64,000 nt of DNA from Narcine bancroftii (taxonomy: Eukaryota): contig NC_091481.1 of the NCBI RefSeq assembly GCF_036971445.1, positions 11,718,001 to 11,782,000 on the forward strand. The letters run 5' to 3'. Numbering within the stretch: position 1 is the stretch's first letter; the number at the start of each line of letters is the position of its first letter. The position numbers were made by a program, and so were the translations under genes. Positions 1-12,856 of this stretch are shown piece after piece. Under the pieces are notes generated by a model. The model did not search any database and was not told the DNA's origin. It saw nothing but the letters and a program-made list of their open reading frames with translations.

Positions 1-1474
1 GAATAAACCATTTAAATTAATATATAAACTTTAAGCATTTTATGTTATTTTTATTTATATTCTTTGAAAACATTTAAGTGTTGCTGCATCTGCAGGTTCC
101 TCCCCTTCCTCGGAGCTGTCAAAAGACTAACAATAACATTATAGATAAAGAGTGACTGGGGCACTCTTACAAAGCAGGGATAAGGAGTCACTCCAGTGGT
201 GAGTGGCATCAACCAGCTCTTCATCCTGGTCAACACCATTGTTGTTTCACACAACTTTATTCAAATAACTGTTATGAGCAAAGCATGACCATGGCATTCT
301 GCTGGCTGAATATTTTCTCCCATCTATACCAAAAGTTTGTGTTACTTCAGAGAACATTTTATTTAAAAATTTTAAACTTACATATTTTTACCTATTATTT
401 TATTCTTATTTAATTTTTTTTAATTTATTTTTTTTGCTAGTTGATTGAATTCCAGGTAGTAGCGGTTTTACTGCATTTGATTTGTTTTGTACATGCTTTA
501 TTCTCATCAGCCTTTGGCTCAACTCGGGTCAAAAATTCAGTGCATTATATCATCCAGAGAAGGATTTTCCTCTTCTCCAAAAAAACTTTTTTAAAAAGAT
601 TCAGTCCAAACTATTTTGCTATTTTATAGGCAAATTTTTGAAGAGCAGAACAACAGTCTCTGGCTCCCCATTTAAGCTGGTTTTGCCTCTCATGAATCAT
701 CCAGCAAGATCTTCCTCAAGAAAGTTGATGTCATTAATCATTTGGGCTCTTGTGCGATTTCCTGCGACCAGATTAAACCAGCTATGGAGTAACTTGAATA
801 TTTTATTGTTAATCTTTAAAAAAATTAAAATATAAAAACCACACAGTTAAATCTATTCAAGCAAAATTAGTTTTAAAAATGTCAATTTTCAGGAACAGAA
901 GCCATTATGACAACGCCCATAATTTGACTGGCGTGGATTAGAGGAGACATTTTCCTTTGAGTGAAACTGGGGAGTCACACTGGGGAGTCACTGCATAACT
1001 GGGCTCCACATCAGTCCATGGATAAAGCTAAACGCAAGATGCTCTTGAATCCGTCACTTAGTTCTCTTGCATTTGTAGTGGGTCCATGTGAGTCTGATAA
1101 TAACTTTCTTGGCTGGGGCACAGCCAGTCCACAGGGACAATGTGTCTCTGGCTGGTTTAATTTGGCACAGGTTCACCAGGAAGTTTACTCTTGGGAAACT
1201 GAAGAAAATTCTTGAAATGTTGCTGGGAGTCCTTGTGGACCTAATCTTGGAACACAGAATGACAGTGAAGATCATCTGTGCAAAACCTTCTAGCTCTTTT
1301 AGCAAAAATTTCTGGCAATTGTTTGTCATCATCAGTTGGTTGGTAAGATTCCAAAAATGTTACCCTACTTTTAACCGAGTTTTGGCCCCGATTAACGTTT
1401 ACTCTTTTTATCCTGACATTTTTTGAGGGATCTTACCATCCACAGGTTTCGCTACCACAGTCCCATGTTATGAT

Positions 1475-1865
1475 TGAATTGAATTGTTTATTTCCATATG
1501 CATCACAATATAGTGGAAAGTTTTGTTTGTGTGCTATTCAAGCAAGTCAACCCAGACTTAAGTACAGCAGGGTGCAATAATAAAACAAAATGCAACGTGT
1601 AAATGTCACAGTAAGTCAAAAACACGTTGGGTATAGTGTAACTGGGACAAAATGCAGGAAAGTACATGAAACACTGCAGGGGCATCTTTTACCAATAAGG
1701 GGTCCATTCAGGTGTCTATTAACAGTGGGAAAGAAGCCATCCTTGAACATGGAGGTTCATGTTTCAACCTTGTGTCTTTTGCCCAACGAAGGGAGGAAGA
1801 AGAGAGTATGACTAGAGTGGGACAGGACCTTCCATGTTTTCACAACTCTCTCAAGGCAGCAGGAG
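1475..1865 (-). mobile_element. Rex1/Babar-like LINE 3' end
   Basis: Minus-strand C-terminal motif FKDGFFPTVNRHLN and a (caatt)n-type tail. Confidence 0.65.
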
Positions 1866-1989
1866 GTGGGCTTTACTTTCAAATACTGATATCGTTAATT
1901 TGTGTTTTTGATGGATTATAATATTCTGCTGCTCATTCCTGCATATCATATTCTCAAGCTCACTCCTTTGTTGTGTAGAAACACTAGGG

Positions 1990-2500
1990 TGGATCTTTTA
2001 TTGTGGCAGGCTACTGACGTACCACAGCTTGCGGTCCTTTGGCCTCAGCTGTCTGTTGTAGATATAAATAATTTAGACGAAAGAGCAGATGTAATATATT
2101 GTCAAATCGTAAACTGGGTAAGGAGTAAATTGTCAGGAGGGTGACTTTAAAAAAACTGAGCAAGTGGACAGAAATATGGAGATGCAGACGAATGTGGATA
2201 AATGTTAAGTTTATCCATATTGGTAGAACATGGTATTTAACTCGCATGTACACAGAGGTTTAGGTGGCCCTGTGGGCAAACATTTAAGAACACAAATACT
2301 ATGTTGACCTTTATAGTGATAGAATGAGAGGAAGAATGTGTTGTTGAGACCACACCTGCAATATTGTGAACGATTTTGGTCTCCTAATCTCACAAGGGAT
2401 ATATTCACCATTGGTATGTAGTGCAAAGAGTGATTACTTTGACTGGGTTAATATTCACCAGAGTTTTGAAAAATAACAGGGATCTAATTGAAAATCAAGA
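1990..2500 (+). mobile_element. Old CR1 (HER1-like) LINE fragment
   Basis: Degenerate VPQ..VLWPQL..DINNLDE RT motif and RPHLQYC motif. Confidence 0.65.
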
Positions 2501-2556
2501 AATTTTGTCATTCTGGGTCTGTGTATTATAAATTATGCAAGAAGTTTTCAGCAAAA

Positions 2557-2806
2557 GGATGACATGGTTAGTGTCGTGGTTTGCACAACACTGCAGTGCT
2601 AGGTCCGGGTTTGAATCTGGCACTGTCTTTAAGGAGTTTGTACATTCTCTCCATATCTGCATGGGTTTCCTCTGGGTGCTCCGGATTCCTCCCACCCTCC
2701 AAAATATGTACGGGGTTTACAGGTTAATTGGTGTATTTAGCCAGCACGGCCTCACGGGCCAGAAGGCCTTGTTACTGTGCTACATCTCGAAAGCTAAAAC
2801 AAAAAA
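2557..2806 (+). mobile_element. HE1-like tRNA-derived V-SINE
   Basis: A/B-box-like head (ggtttgaatc), V-domain ggagtttgtacattctctcc..gggtttcctctgggtgctccggattcctcccac, CR1-like tail gggccagaaggccttgttactgtgct. Confidence 0.85.
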
Positions 2807-2959
2807 GATAAATGATTCTGTTTAATTCTGTTTTAAACTCCATGTGTCAACGCTGACGCTTGCAGTAATTTGTGTTGGGTACTCTGCAGTTCATTTTGAC
2901 ATAGATGTCAGTGGGATGGTCAACATTTATTGCCCATTCCTAGTTTACTCTCAAGTAGA

Positions 2960-3625
2960 GAAAGAAGAAAACCAAGGTGACAGGTGGACAGAGGGTTATT
3001 AGAAGATGAAGGCTGCCAGTCTAGAATATGATGAGAAGAGGTGAGAAAGAGAGACCAGAAGGAACCAAAGGGAGAGGAGAGTTCACAAGAATCAATTAGG
3101 GTGGAGGAAAGGGCTTGGTGGGGTAAAGAGCAGGTACAGAAGCACAGAGAGGTGATTCATTACCTGAGCCTTTGACTGCCCAGGTGGAATTTGAGGTGGT
3201 GTTCCTCTAATTTATGTTGAGCCTTGCTCTGGCAGTGCAGAAGGCCCAGGACAGATGGGTCAGCATGGGATTGAGAAGGAGATCTCAAGATGGCCATTGC
3301 AGACAGAGTGTGGCTCCTATGCGAAATGGTCCCCAACTTTGCTTTTGACCATACCCATTTGGAGGAGATTATATCTGGGGCACTGAATGCAGTAAATGAG
3401 GTTGGAAGAGGTACAAGGAAATCTTTGCCTCACATGGAAGAGCTGTTTGGGTAGTGAGGGGGGTGGGGGAGGTGTAAGAGCAAGTGAAAAGTACTTTACA
3501 AGGGAAAAGTACGAGGGTTAATGGGGAGAGGTGGATGAGCAAACAAAAGAGGGAATGATCCCTGTAGAAGGCTAATGCGTGTGGTAGCAGGGTCTAGCTG
3601 CAGCTGGCTTTGGGGATGATGTCTG
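2960..3625 (-). mobile_element. Penelope-like element fragment (GIY-YIG endonuclease region plus purine-rich tail)
   Basis: Minus-strand PKQLFHVRQRFPCTSSNLIYCIQCP..KVGDHF, typical of vertebrate PLE GIY-YIG domains. Confidence 0.75.
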
Positions 3626-4189
3626 AGCTGCTTGTAAAATATAATGGCATTAAGTTGGGACCAGTGCTTTGTTGGACCATCATTGTGATTGGTTTTACAA
3701 TTTGATCTCTGCTAGTAAGGAAAAATATAAGATTCAACTTTGATGCATCCTACTCAAAGCCAGGTGTTGCCATTTAGTTTGAAGATTTATTGTTAATGTG
3801 GCTAATTCATATATTTATCTGTGGGCTTCAGCTGCATGATCTGAACAAAGAATGGTTTTTGGGCAGTTGATTGTTCCTTCCTGTCATTCACAAATTATAG
3901 GCAAGATGTCAATTAATTACAGTGTCCATGTTACTTTTTAAAGAAGTGCCTTTATTGGGAAACTTAATTATATTGTAACAGGCATTGTTTTAAGATATAA
4001 ATTAGACTCCCCTTTACATAAAATTGAATGGAGGACAAGAATAGAAATGTGATTTCACTGTTTCGTTTTTTTAAATTTCAGCCGAATTAAATGTCATCAG
4101 CTTTTTAAAGAATGAAGGAAAGGAAGATTTCCATTTATTCATTTCCCATCTTAACCTGTATAACTGGGTTAAGGCATTCCTGTTATCAT

Positions 4190-5143
4190 GAACTTATTAT
4201 AACCACTGCCATTCCCTCAGTACTGGTCAACAAGCTCCAAAACCTGGGCCTCTGTCCCCACCTTTGCAACCGGATTCTTGGCTTCTTCGTTGGAAGACTG
4301 CAATCAGTATGAATCGTAAACAATGTCTCTTCCTCACTGACAATCAACAACGACATACCTCAAGGATGTATGCTTACCTCACTGCTCTACTAGTTCTACG
4401 TCTGTGACAGTGTGGCTAGGTACAATTCATATGCCATCTACAAATGTGCCAATGACATCATAGTCATTGACAGAATCACAGGTGGCAATGAGGAAGGGTA
4501 CAGGAGTGAGATAGATCAGCTCGTTGAATGGTGAAACAACAACAACCTTACACTAATGGAATCAAGAGATCACAAACTAGTCGTCATTGATGATTCAGCG
4601 GTGATATGGGTAAACAACTTCAATTTCCTGGGTGTCAACATCTCTGAAGATCGGTCCTGTGGCCTCCACGTTGATGCAATCGTGAAGAAGCCTCACCAGC
4701 GGCTATACTTCATGAGGAGTTTGAGGATATTTGGTACGTCACCAAAGACTTGCAAATTTCTACCATCTGATGGGTTGCATCGCTGACTGGTATGGAGGTG
4801 CAAATGCACAGGACAGGGAAAGACTACAGAGAGTTGTGAACTTCGCCAGTGCCATCATGGGCATCAATTTTCACTCCATTGAGGACTTCTACAAGAGCCG
4901 ATGTCTCAAGAAAGCAGTCTCTATCCTCATGGATCCTCACTACCCAGGCCAAGCCCTGTTCACAGGGCTACCATTTTGGAAGAAGGTACAAGAGCCTGAA
5001 GATGAACATCCAGCAGCGCAAGGACAGGTTCTTCCTCTCTGCCATCAGATTTCTGAATGGACAATGAACCACAGATGCTACCTCACTTTTGCTTTTTTAG
5101 CACTAATTCATGATTTAAAAAAAATGCAATTTATTTGCCAATT
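4190..5143 (+). mobile_element. Decayed Rex1/Babar-like LINE
   Basis: Peptides LVNKLQNLGL, FNFLGVNISED, KKPHQRLYFMRSLR, RRYKSLK..DRFFLSAIRFLN across frameshifts. Confidence 0.8.
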
Positions 5144-7183
5144 ATAATCTGTAATTCCCATGTGTGGTGGACTAGCCTCGCCAAACGAACACAGCTCAGC
5201 GCGGACATTGGCGACTTCAGGGGTTTCTACGAGGCTCTAAAGGCTGTGTACGGCCCCTCACCCCAAGTCCAAAGCCCGCTGCGCAGCTCAAACGGCAAAG
5301 TCCTCCTCAGCGACAAGATCTCCATCCTCAACCGATGGTCAGAACACTTCCAATCTCTTTTCAGTGCCAACCGCTCAGTCCAAGATTCCGCCCTGCTCCA
5401 GCTCCCTCAACAGCCCCTAAGGCTAGAGCTGGATGAGGTTCCCACCCTGGATGAGACATATAAGGCAATCGAACAACTGAAAAGTGGCAAAGCAGCAGGT
5501 ATGGATGGAATCCCCCCAGAAGTCTGGAAGGCTGGCGGCAAAACTCTGCATGCCAAACTGCATGAGTTTTTCAAGCTTTGTTGGGACCAAGGTAAACTGC
5601 CTCAGGATCTTCGTGATGCCACCATCATCACCCTGTACAAAAACAAAGGCGAGAAATCAGACTGCTCAAACTACAGGGGAATCACGTTGCTCTCCATTGC
5701 AGGCAAAATCTTCGCTAGGATTCTACTAAATAGAATAATACCTAGTGTCGCCGAGAATATTCTCCCAGAATCACAGTGCGGCTTTCGCGCAAACAGAGGA
5801 ACCACTGACATGGTCTTTGCCCTCAGACAGCTCCAAGAAAAGTGCAGAGAACAAAACAAAGGACTCTACATCACCTTTGTTGACCTCACCAAAGCCTTCG
5901 ACACCGTGAGCAGGAAAGGGCTTTGGCTAATACTAGAGCGCATCGGATGTCCCCCAAAGTTCCTCAACATGATTATCCAACTGCACGAAAACCAACAAGG
6001 TCGGGTCAGATACAGCAATGAGCTCTCTGAACCCTTCTCCATTAACAATGGCGTGAAGCAAGGCTGTGTTCTCGCACCAACCCTCTTTTCAATCTTCTTC
6101 AGCATGATGCTGAACCAAGCCATGAAAGACCCCAACAATGAAGACGCTGTTTACATCCGGTACCGCACGGATGGCAGTCTCTTCAATCTGAGGCGCCTGC
6201 AAGCTCACACCAAGACACAAGAGAAACTTGTCCGTGAACTACTCTTTGCAGATGATGCCGCTTTAGTTGCCCATTCAGAGCCAGCTCTTCAGCGCTTGAC
6301 GTCCTGCTTTGCGGAAACTGCCAAAATGTTTGGCCTGGAAGTCAGCCTGAAGAAAACTGAGGTCCTCCATCAGCCAGCTCCCCACCATGACTACCAGCCC
6401 CCCCACATCTCCATCGGGCGCACAAAACTCAAAACGGTCAACCAGTTTACCTATCTCGGCTGCACCATTTCATCAGATGCAAGGATCGACAAAGAGATAG
6501 ACAACAGACTCGCCAAGGCAAATAGCGCCTTTGGAAGACTACACAAAAGAGTCTGGAAAAACAACCAACTGAAAGACCTCACAAAGATAAGCGTATACAG
6601 AGCCGTTGTCATACCCACACTCCTGTTCGGCTCCGAATCATGGGTCCTCTACCGGCACCACCTACGGCTCCTAGAACGCTTCCACCAGCGTTGTCTCCGC
6701 TCCATCCTCAACATCCATTGGAGCGCTTACACCCCTAACGTTGAAGTACTCGAGATGGCAGAGGTCGACAGCATCGAGTCCACGCTGCTGAAGATCCAGC
6801 TGCGCTGGATGGGTCACGTCTCCAGAATGGAGGACCATCGCCTTCCCAAGATCGTATTATATGGCGAGCTCTCCACTGGCCACCGTGACAGAGGTGCACC
6901 AAAGAAAAGGTACAAGGACTGCCTAAAGAAATCTCTTGGTGCCTGCCACATTGACCACCGCCAGTGGGCTGATAACGCCTCAAACCGTGCATCTTGGCGC
7001 CTCACAGTTTGGCGGGCAGCAACCTCCTTTGAAGAAGACCGCAGAGCCCACCTCACTGACAAAAGGCAAAGGAGGAAAAACCCCACACCCAACCCCAACC
7101 AACCAATTTTCCCTTGCAACCGCTGCAATCGTGTCTGCCTGTCCCGCATCGGACTTGTCAGCCACAAACGAGCCTACAGCTGA
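5135..7183 (+). CDS. RTE LINE ORF fragment: reverse transcriptase plus C-terminal CxxC..H zinc-finger-like motif; endonuclease lost by 5' truncation
   Basis: 682-aa uninterrupted ORF with NYRGITLL, QCGFR, FVDLTKAFDTV, GVKQGCVLAP, LFADD, FTYLG and CNRCNRVC...SHKR. The first ~8 codons are flanking DNA, so there is no true start. Confidence 0.9.
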   Translation: MPIIICNSHVWWTSLAKRTQLSADIGDFRGFYEALKAVYGPSPQVQSPLRSSNGKVLLSDKISILNRWSEHFQSLFSANRSVQDSALLQLPQQPLRLELDEVPTLDETYKAIEQLKSGKAAGMDGIPPEVWKAGGKTLHAKLHEFFKLCWDQGKLPQDLRDATIITLYKNKGEKSDCSNYRGITLLSIAGKIFARILLNRIIPSVAENILPESQCGFRANRGTTDMVFALRQLQEKCREQNKGLYITFVDLTKAFDTVSRKGLWLILERIGCPPKFLNMIIQLHENQQGRVRYSNELSEPFSINNGVKQGCVLAPTLFSIFFSMMLNQAMKDPNNEDAVYIRYRTDGSLFNLRRLQAHTKTQEKLVRELLFADDAALVAHSEPALQRLTSCFAETAKMFGLEVSLKKTEVLHQPAPHHDYQPPHISIGRTKLKTVNQFTYLGCTISSDARIDKEIDNRLAKANSAFGRLHKRVWKNNQLKDLTKISVYRAVVIPTLLFGSESWVLYRHHLRLLERFHQRCLRSILNIHWSAYTPNVEVLEMAEVDSIESTLLKIQLRWMGHVSRMEDHRLPKIVLYGELSTGHRDRGAPKKRYKDCLKKSLGACHIDHRQWADNASNRASWRLTVWRAATSFEEDRRAHLTDKRQRRKNPTPNPNQPIFPCNRCNRVCLSRIGLVSHKRAYS

Positions 7184-7238
7184 CGTGGACTTTTTACCCC
7201 CTCCATAAATCTTCGTCCGCGAAGCCAAGCCAAAGAAG
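5156..7238 (+). mobile_element. RTE-clade non-LTR retrotransposon (BovB/AviRTE-like), 5'-truncated young copy 1
   Basis: Open RT ORF, short 3'UTR ending gcgaagccaagccaaagaag, and 12-bp TSD ATAATCTGTAAT at 5144-5155 and 7239-7250. Inserted into the 3' tail of an older Rex1-like LINE. Confidence 0.95.
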
Positions 7239-7629
7239 ATAATCTGTAATCCAAAACATTATGCTGATCTTGCCCAGAATTTGCACAGTATAACTTAACT
7301 GAGTGTTCATTGGGAGTATTGCATCCATGTGGTACTATCAACAAGGGTCATTGGGTAATAATCAGAAACAAGAGCCCCGATTTCTTGATGCAGAGGTATT
7401 ATGATGCCTTCCTTCCTTTGTTGAGTGCAGATCAAATACTAAAACATTATTCTAATGTCCAGCTCCTTGCAATTAAATTATTGAACTGCAGGGAAATCTA
7501 ATCATAATTATGAGGGTGGATGATGCAGTGTGATGGCAAATTGTCCTTCATTAATAAAATTAAATCTCAGCCAAATGATTAAGATTCATAATTTCAAACC
7601 TCTTGTGTGATAGTTTGGACGAATTTAAC

Positions 7630-8175
7630 TTTGGAAAATGGTCCATTAATAGAATGGAGAAAAGATGTTATCCGGGTGCTTCTCTGCATTGTAAGGGAAC
7701 TGCTCCACCTAAGACTGCAAGAAACGCCAGAGAGATATGAACATAGCTCTGGCCATCACACATACTGCCCTCTCCTCCATTGACTCCATCTGTATCTCCT
7801 GCTGCCTTTAAAAAGCAGCCAATGTATTAAAAGACTCGACTTATCCTCATTCAACCCCCTCACCACCTTCATTTGGAAGATTCATGAGAATGAGATTATG
7901 CACCATCAGATTCAAAGACCATTTCTTTCTCACCATTTATCAGACTCCTGAATGAACCTTGAAATAGTAAAATTACATTGCCTCTGTTTCGTACCAACTG
8001 ATTTCTCTCTCTAACTTGGCACTTTTGTACTGTGTCTTACCTGTATCATGTACAAGTTGTGTCACTGATTTGCTCGCAAAAGGGTCTGGCCTGCAACGCA
8101 GACTGACCAGTTCTACCCATGGATGCTGCCTGACCCACTTATTGTTTACTTGCAAAACAATCTCCTTTGCTGCCT
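7630..8175 (+). mobile_element. Rex1/Babar-like LINE 3' fragment
   Basis: Similar to the other copies (SIDSICISCCL, TIRFKDHFF, IRLLNEP) with a matching 3'UTR style. Confidence 0.65.
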
Positions 8176-8759
8176 TTTGGTCCCCACATCAAGAAACTTC
8201 ATCTAAGGGGTAAATTTTTCAGATTGTGTCTGGAATAACTGCAAGAAGTATCAACATTTAAGTCCCATCTGGACAGGTCGAAATTAATTCAGGCAAGTGG
8301 AATTATTGTAGGTAAGCATGATGGTCAGATAAGCACAGTGGACTAATGGTCTGTTCCTGGGCTGTCCAACTTTGACTCTGTTTTGAACAATGCTCTGGCT
8401 TTCTGTTTTTCTAACTGAAAGATGGGAAAAAAAACAAGTTCTCTTTTCTTTGCACTGGAACCAAATGTGCAAGTTTGGGTTTTGAAGAAAAGAAACGGTG
8501 ATAACGTTATTTAATTTGAAGCGATTTCCCGGCAGCCTTCTCTTTTGTTTTTCTCTCCATCCTAATCCATTTAAAAGAATAATAACAAAGAAAAATATTG
8601 AAGTTCATTGCAAATATTCTTGGGTTCTGTATTCTTTTATTCATTCCTTGTTACTTCATCCCCTTTTGAATGTTGTGCTCATGAAGATGAAAGTTGCTCA
8701 TGTGTGTTGGTTACTTAGAGCCATAGGAACATTTCCCTGAATAGGTACCTTGAGGGGTT

Positions 8760-9370
8760 ACAAGCAGAGTTCATAACATTGGGATTTCCTTCACTCTGCT
8801 TTTGGATATTTAAAACTTTGGTTGGGCTGTACTTGGAGTATTGTGCACAATTCTGGTCATCCCATTGCAAGAAGGGTGTGGAGGTTTTGGAAAAGGTGCA
8901 GAAGAGACAGACAGACCAGGGTGTTGCCTGGATTAGAGGGAAAGGGTAGGCATCTTGTTTTATTTTCCCCTGGATTGTCAGAAGCTGAAAAGGACCGACC
9001 GGGTAGAAGTTTATAAAATTATGAGAGTAATTGATAGAAAAGGCAGTCAAAAGTCTTTTTTTCCCCCACCAGAGTATAAATGTCATATGCTGGAGGACCT
9101 GCATTTAAGCTGAGAGGGGGAAAGGTTAAGGGAGACATGTGAGGCAACTCTTTTTGCACAGAAAGTTATGGGTGCCAGGAATAGGCTATCAGGAGTAGTA
9201 ATGCAAGCAGATAAGGCAATGACATTTAAAAGGCTTCTTGATCGATGGATGAATATGAGGTATTTGCCACATGCAAGCAGCAGAGTTTTATTTTAACTTG
9301 GGCATCATGTTTCACACAGACATTATGGGCCAAAAGGCCTGTTTCCCATGCTGTTCTGCGTCCTCTGATC
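8760..9370 (+). mobile_element. CR1 (HER1-like) LINE 3' end
   Basis: LEYCAQFWSSH..EVLEKVQKR motif; 3'UTR gggccaaaaggcctgtttcccatgctg shared with the SINE tails. Confidence 0.75.
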
Positions 9371-10409
9371 TAAACCAATGACAGAAATAATCAAACAAGT
9401 TGTACAGTTGGATTTTAAGGGTTTCAATTAAGAGGTTTAAAGAGATGAGTGAAGAGAAGGGTGCACAAGAGGTTAGAAACATGAATAAAGTTTCCTGCGT
9501 TGAAAAGATTGGATGTGATAGGTGAAAGCTGTGCCAGTTTGCTCATGAAGAAAGTTTTGAGGCAGAGATTTTGGAAGATGTGGTCGTGAATAATCAGGGT
9601 TTCTGTGCGAGGCTGGAGGCAGTAAGAGACCATTGGAATAAGAATTTAGAGATATCAACGCTGCATTTCAAGTGTATTGTGAGCACGTGCAAATAGGGTA
9701 ATTGCGGAGTGATTTTTCAAGAAAGGAAAGTTTGTCTTTTCATTGGAACAGAGGTGGTCAGAAGCTCTGGGGTCAACTGGGACAACCTGGTTTCTCCAAT
9801 TTGGTTCAACCTCAGCTGTTACTTAGGGAAGGTAGCAAAACTACTGATGAGGGTAGAAAGCTTGAAGTTGGGGAATCTGATAATAGCATTGTGGGGGAAG
9901 CTAAATCCCTGGTTTTAAGATATCATTATAATCTGTAGCAATTGCAATGTCTTCATTTTCCTATGTGCCTACAACAAAATGGATTAAAAAAAAAGTCCCT
10001 TGTGTTTAACTACATTGCAGTCGATGATTTGGATTTGATAATTAATGTCAATTCATTTTTCTTTGTGCACAATGGTTGCTGTTTTTTCCTATCGTTCTAC
10101 AGCAGAGGATCTAATTATCGATTAAGGATGGCATTTAGAAATTTGCTGAATTATGTCAGTGCAAATCTTTGCTTATTGCAAAGTTTAGATTAGAAAAAGA
10201 TTTTGTGCCAGTGAACTCACATTCCTATCGTTTCTGTATGTATCAGTCCAATGCATTTCCTTCTACTGCATTGTTGTATGAATCATCAAGAGTAATTATC
10301 CCTCAATGGTCCTGAGTATTTTTTGGCTGCATGTAACAATACTATAATCAGACAGTATGGATATAATTAAATAATACTCTGTTAATCAAGATAGATAACC
10401 ATATAACTT

Positions 10410-12856
10410 TAAATTCAACAGTCAGATTTCAGATTTATTGACAGAGTACATACATGACATCATATACAACCCTGAGATTCCTTTTTTCTGTGGGTTTGGC
10501 AGAATTACCACTAATTGGTAGTGCAATAAAATCAACTGTACACAGTGTAAAACATGTAAACAAAGAACTGTAAATAGATAATGAATGTAAACAAACGTGC
10601 AATACAGAGAGAACAAAAAGAAAATCAATAAAATGCACAAGTAAGAGTCCTTAAAAACGATCCCTGATTGAGTTTGTCATTGAGGAGTTTGATGGTGGAG
10701 GGGTAGCAGCTGTTCCTGAACCTGGTGGTGTGAGTTTTGTGGCACTGATAACATTTGTTAGAATATTTTATTGTTTGTTGTTCATCAATAAGCAAAGAAA
10801 CAATATCACTGACTGCTTCAAGATGTACAGATATCCCCCAACAATCTACATGTGATGTTCCCCCTCCTTCTCCCACCCACCCTTTAAAGAGAAAAAAGAG
10901 ACCACTGAGTGTGGCATCGGCATTTTCAATGAATATCTAGAGAGGCCAAGGAACCGTCCCCTCTGTAATTTCTTTTATTAATCCACCTATTCATATTTTT
11001 GTCGGGTTGTGCTTCTGTGTACATCAGATATTGTTGCCATATTTTAATAAGTGCTGTGTCAGTTTCTAAAATTGTAGGTGATTTTTCCATGGGAATACTG
11101 CTGTGCATCTCTGTAGTCCACCTACTGATAATAAGAGGGGAGTCAGACTTCCAGGGCATCACTGTACATATTTTTTTGATGCAGACAAAGTAAAAAATAT
11201 TAATTGAATTTGGAATTTGGTTAATTTATAACTTATGTCCATGAGGTTCCCCTGGAGATACAACGTTGAGTCCGGTGGAAAGGCTACTTTCGTTATCCTG
11301 GTTAGTATATGGGCCAAATACTGCCAGAATAGGACCAGGTTGCATGAACAAACATTCCCAACTCCACTCTACATCTGAAACATGGCTCTGGCTCCATTGG
11401 TGTTGCCTTGTGAATTTTCTGTGGTGTGAGATAGAGCTGGTGCAGAAAGTTGTATTGAAGCAGTCTGTATCTAGAATTAATCACTGCTGTCTCTACATGA
11501 GTCTGGCCAGCATCTCTCATCAATTGTGATGCCCAGGTCTGACTCCCATCTCTCTCTTGATCTGTGTTCCCCTTTTTCAGGCTTTCATCTTGGAGTACAA
11601 GTACATTCTTGAAATAAATTTGGGTGTGTTTCCCAGTCAAAGCATCCCCTCTGTCTTGCTAGGTGTAGGCGGGGTAATTGTAGGGCCCCACCTATCCCTT
11701 AAAAATGATCTTAACTGGAGGAAGCAATGAAAGGCCCCATATGACAAATCGTATTTTCCTTTTAGCTGCTCAAAGGACATAAGCTGTCTCCTTTCGTAGC
11801 AGTTCTCAATACATCAGAACCCCTACTGATGCCAGATCTTCAAGTTTTTATTGCCCAAGTTCATGGGCATCAATTCATTATGAATCAGTGGTGCCTTTGG
11901 CGATATTCCCACTTTCTCTCCAATACACCCATTGATCTCATGCCAAATTTTAATCAGATGTGGCACCTATAACTCTTTCCTCATGGCAGCAGCGAGAACA
12001 GAACATGTGCTGGGTGGTGAGTCTTTGATAATTGTTGCTGCTCTCCGACAGCAGCATTCCCTGTAGATATACTCAGTAGTAGTAGGGCGGGTTTTGCCTG
12101 TGATGTTCTGGGCTGTGCCCATTACCTTTTGGAGGCCTTTACGCTCAGGGGTATTGGTGTTTCCATACCAGTCCGTGATGCAGCCAGTCAGCACACTTTC
12201 CACCACACCTCTGTCGAATTTTGCCAGGGTTTTTGGTGTCATACCAACCTACACAAACTCCTAAGGAAGTAGAAGTGCTGACGTGCGTTCTTCACGTTGC
12301 CATTGGTGGGATAGGTCCAAGAAAGATCCTCTGAGATGGTGACTCCCAAGAACTTAAATTTGCTCACCCTCTCCACCTCTGATCTCCAAATGATCACTGG
12401 ATTGTAAACCTCTGGCTTTCCTTTCCTGAAGTCAACAAACAGCTCCTTAATTTTGGTGACATTGAGTGCAAGGTTGTTGTTGCACCATTCAGCCAAGCTT
12501 CAATCTCCATCCTGTTTGCTGACTCCTCCCCTTCCTTTATACCACCCGGTATCGTCGGCAAATTTTTCGATAGTATTATTGTCGTACCAAGGCACATAGT
12601 TGGAGGTATAAAATGAGTGGACCAGGGTTAAGAACACAACCCTGTGGTGCTCTGGTACTGATGGAGATTGTGGAGGAGAAGTTCTTTCCAATCCTCACTG
12701 ATTGTAGTCTGGAGGTGAGGAAATCCATGATTCAACTATACAGCAGTATGTTAACTCCAAGTCTTGGAGTTTGCTGATCAGTTTTGAAGGGATGATGGTG
12801 TTAAATGCTGAACTGTTGTCGATAAAGAGCATCCTGATGTATGCATCTTTGCTGTC
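10410..12856 (-). mobile_element. Rex1/Babar-like LINE split by the L1 insertion at 10753-11958
   Basis: Peptides [72 protein letters not shown]; C-terminus TTRFRNSCYPSTIKLLN and tail at 10410-10752. Confidence 0.85.
10753..11958 (-). mobile_element. L1/Tx1-type LINE 3' fragment nested in a Rex1-like LINE
   Basis: Peptide RYRLLQYNFLHQLYLTPQKIHK..CFRCRVELGMFVHATWS (L1-clade C-terminal zinc knuckle). Approximately 15-bp imperfect TSD TGTGGCAC..ATAAC at 10738-10752 and 11959-11973. Confidence 0.8.

Noticed and set aside
100-1470. Coding-looking segments and the short direct repeat ACTGGGGAGTCAC x2 (~966-992)
   Set aside because: No recognisable protein motif in any frame and no convincing splice pair; possibly an ancient TE relic but not assignable.
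5484-7228. Overlapping and antisense ORFs in the RTE copies that recur in several places
   Set aside because: They recur only because the element copies are near-identical; they are shadow frames of the RT ORF.
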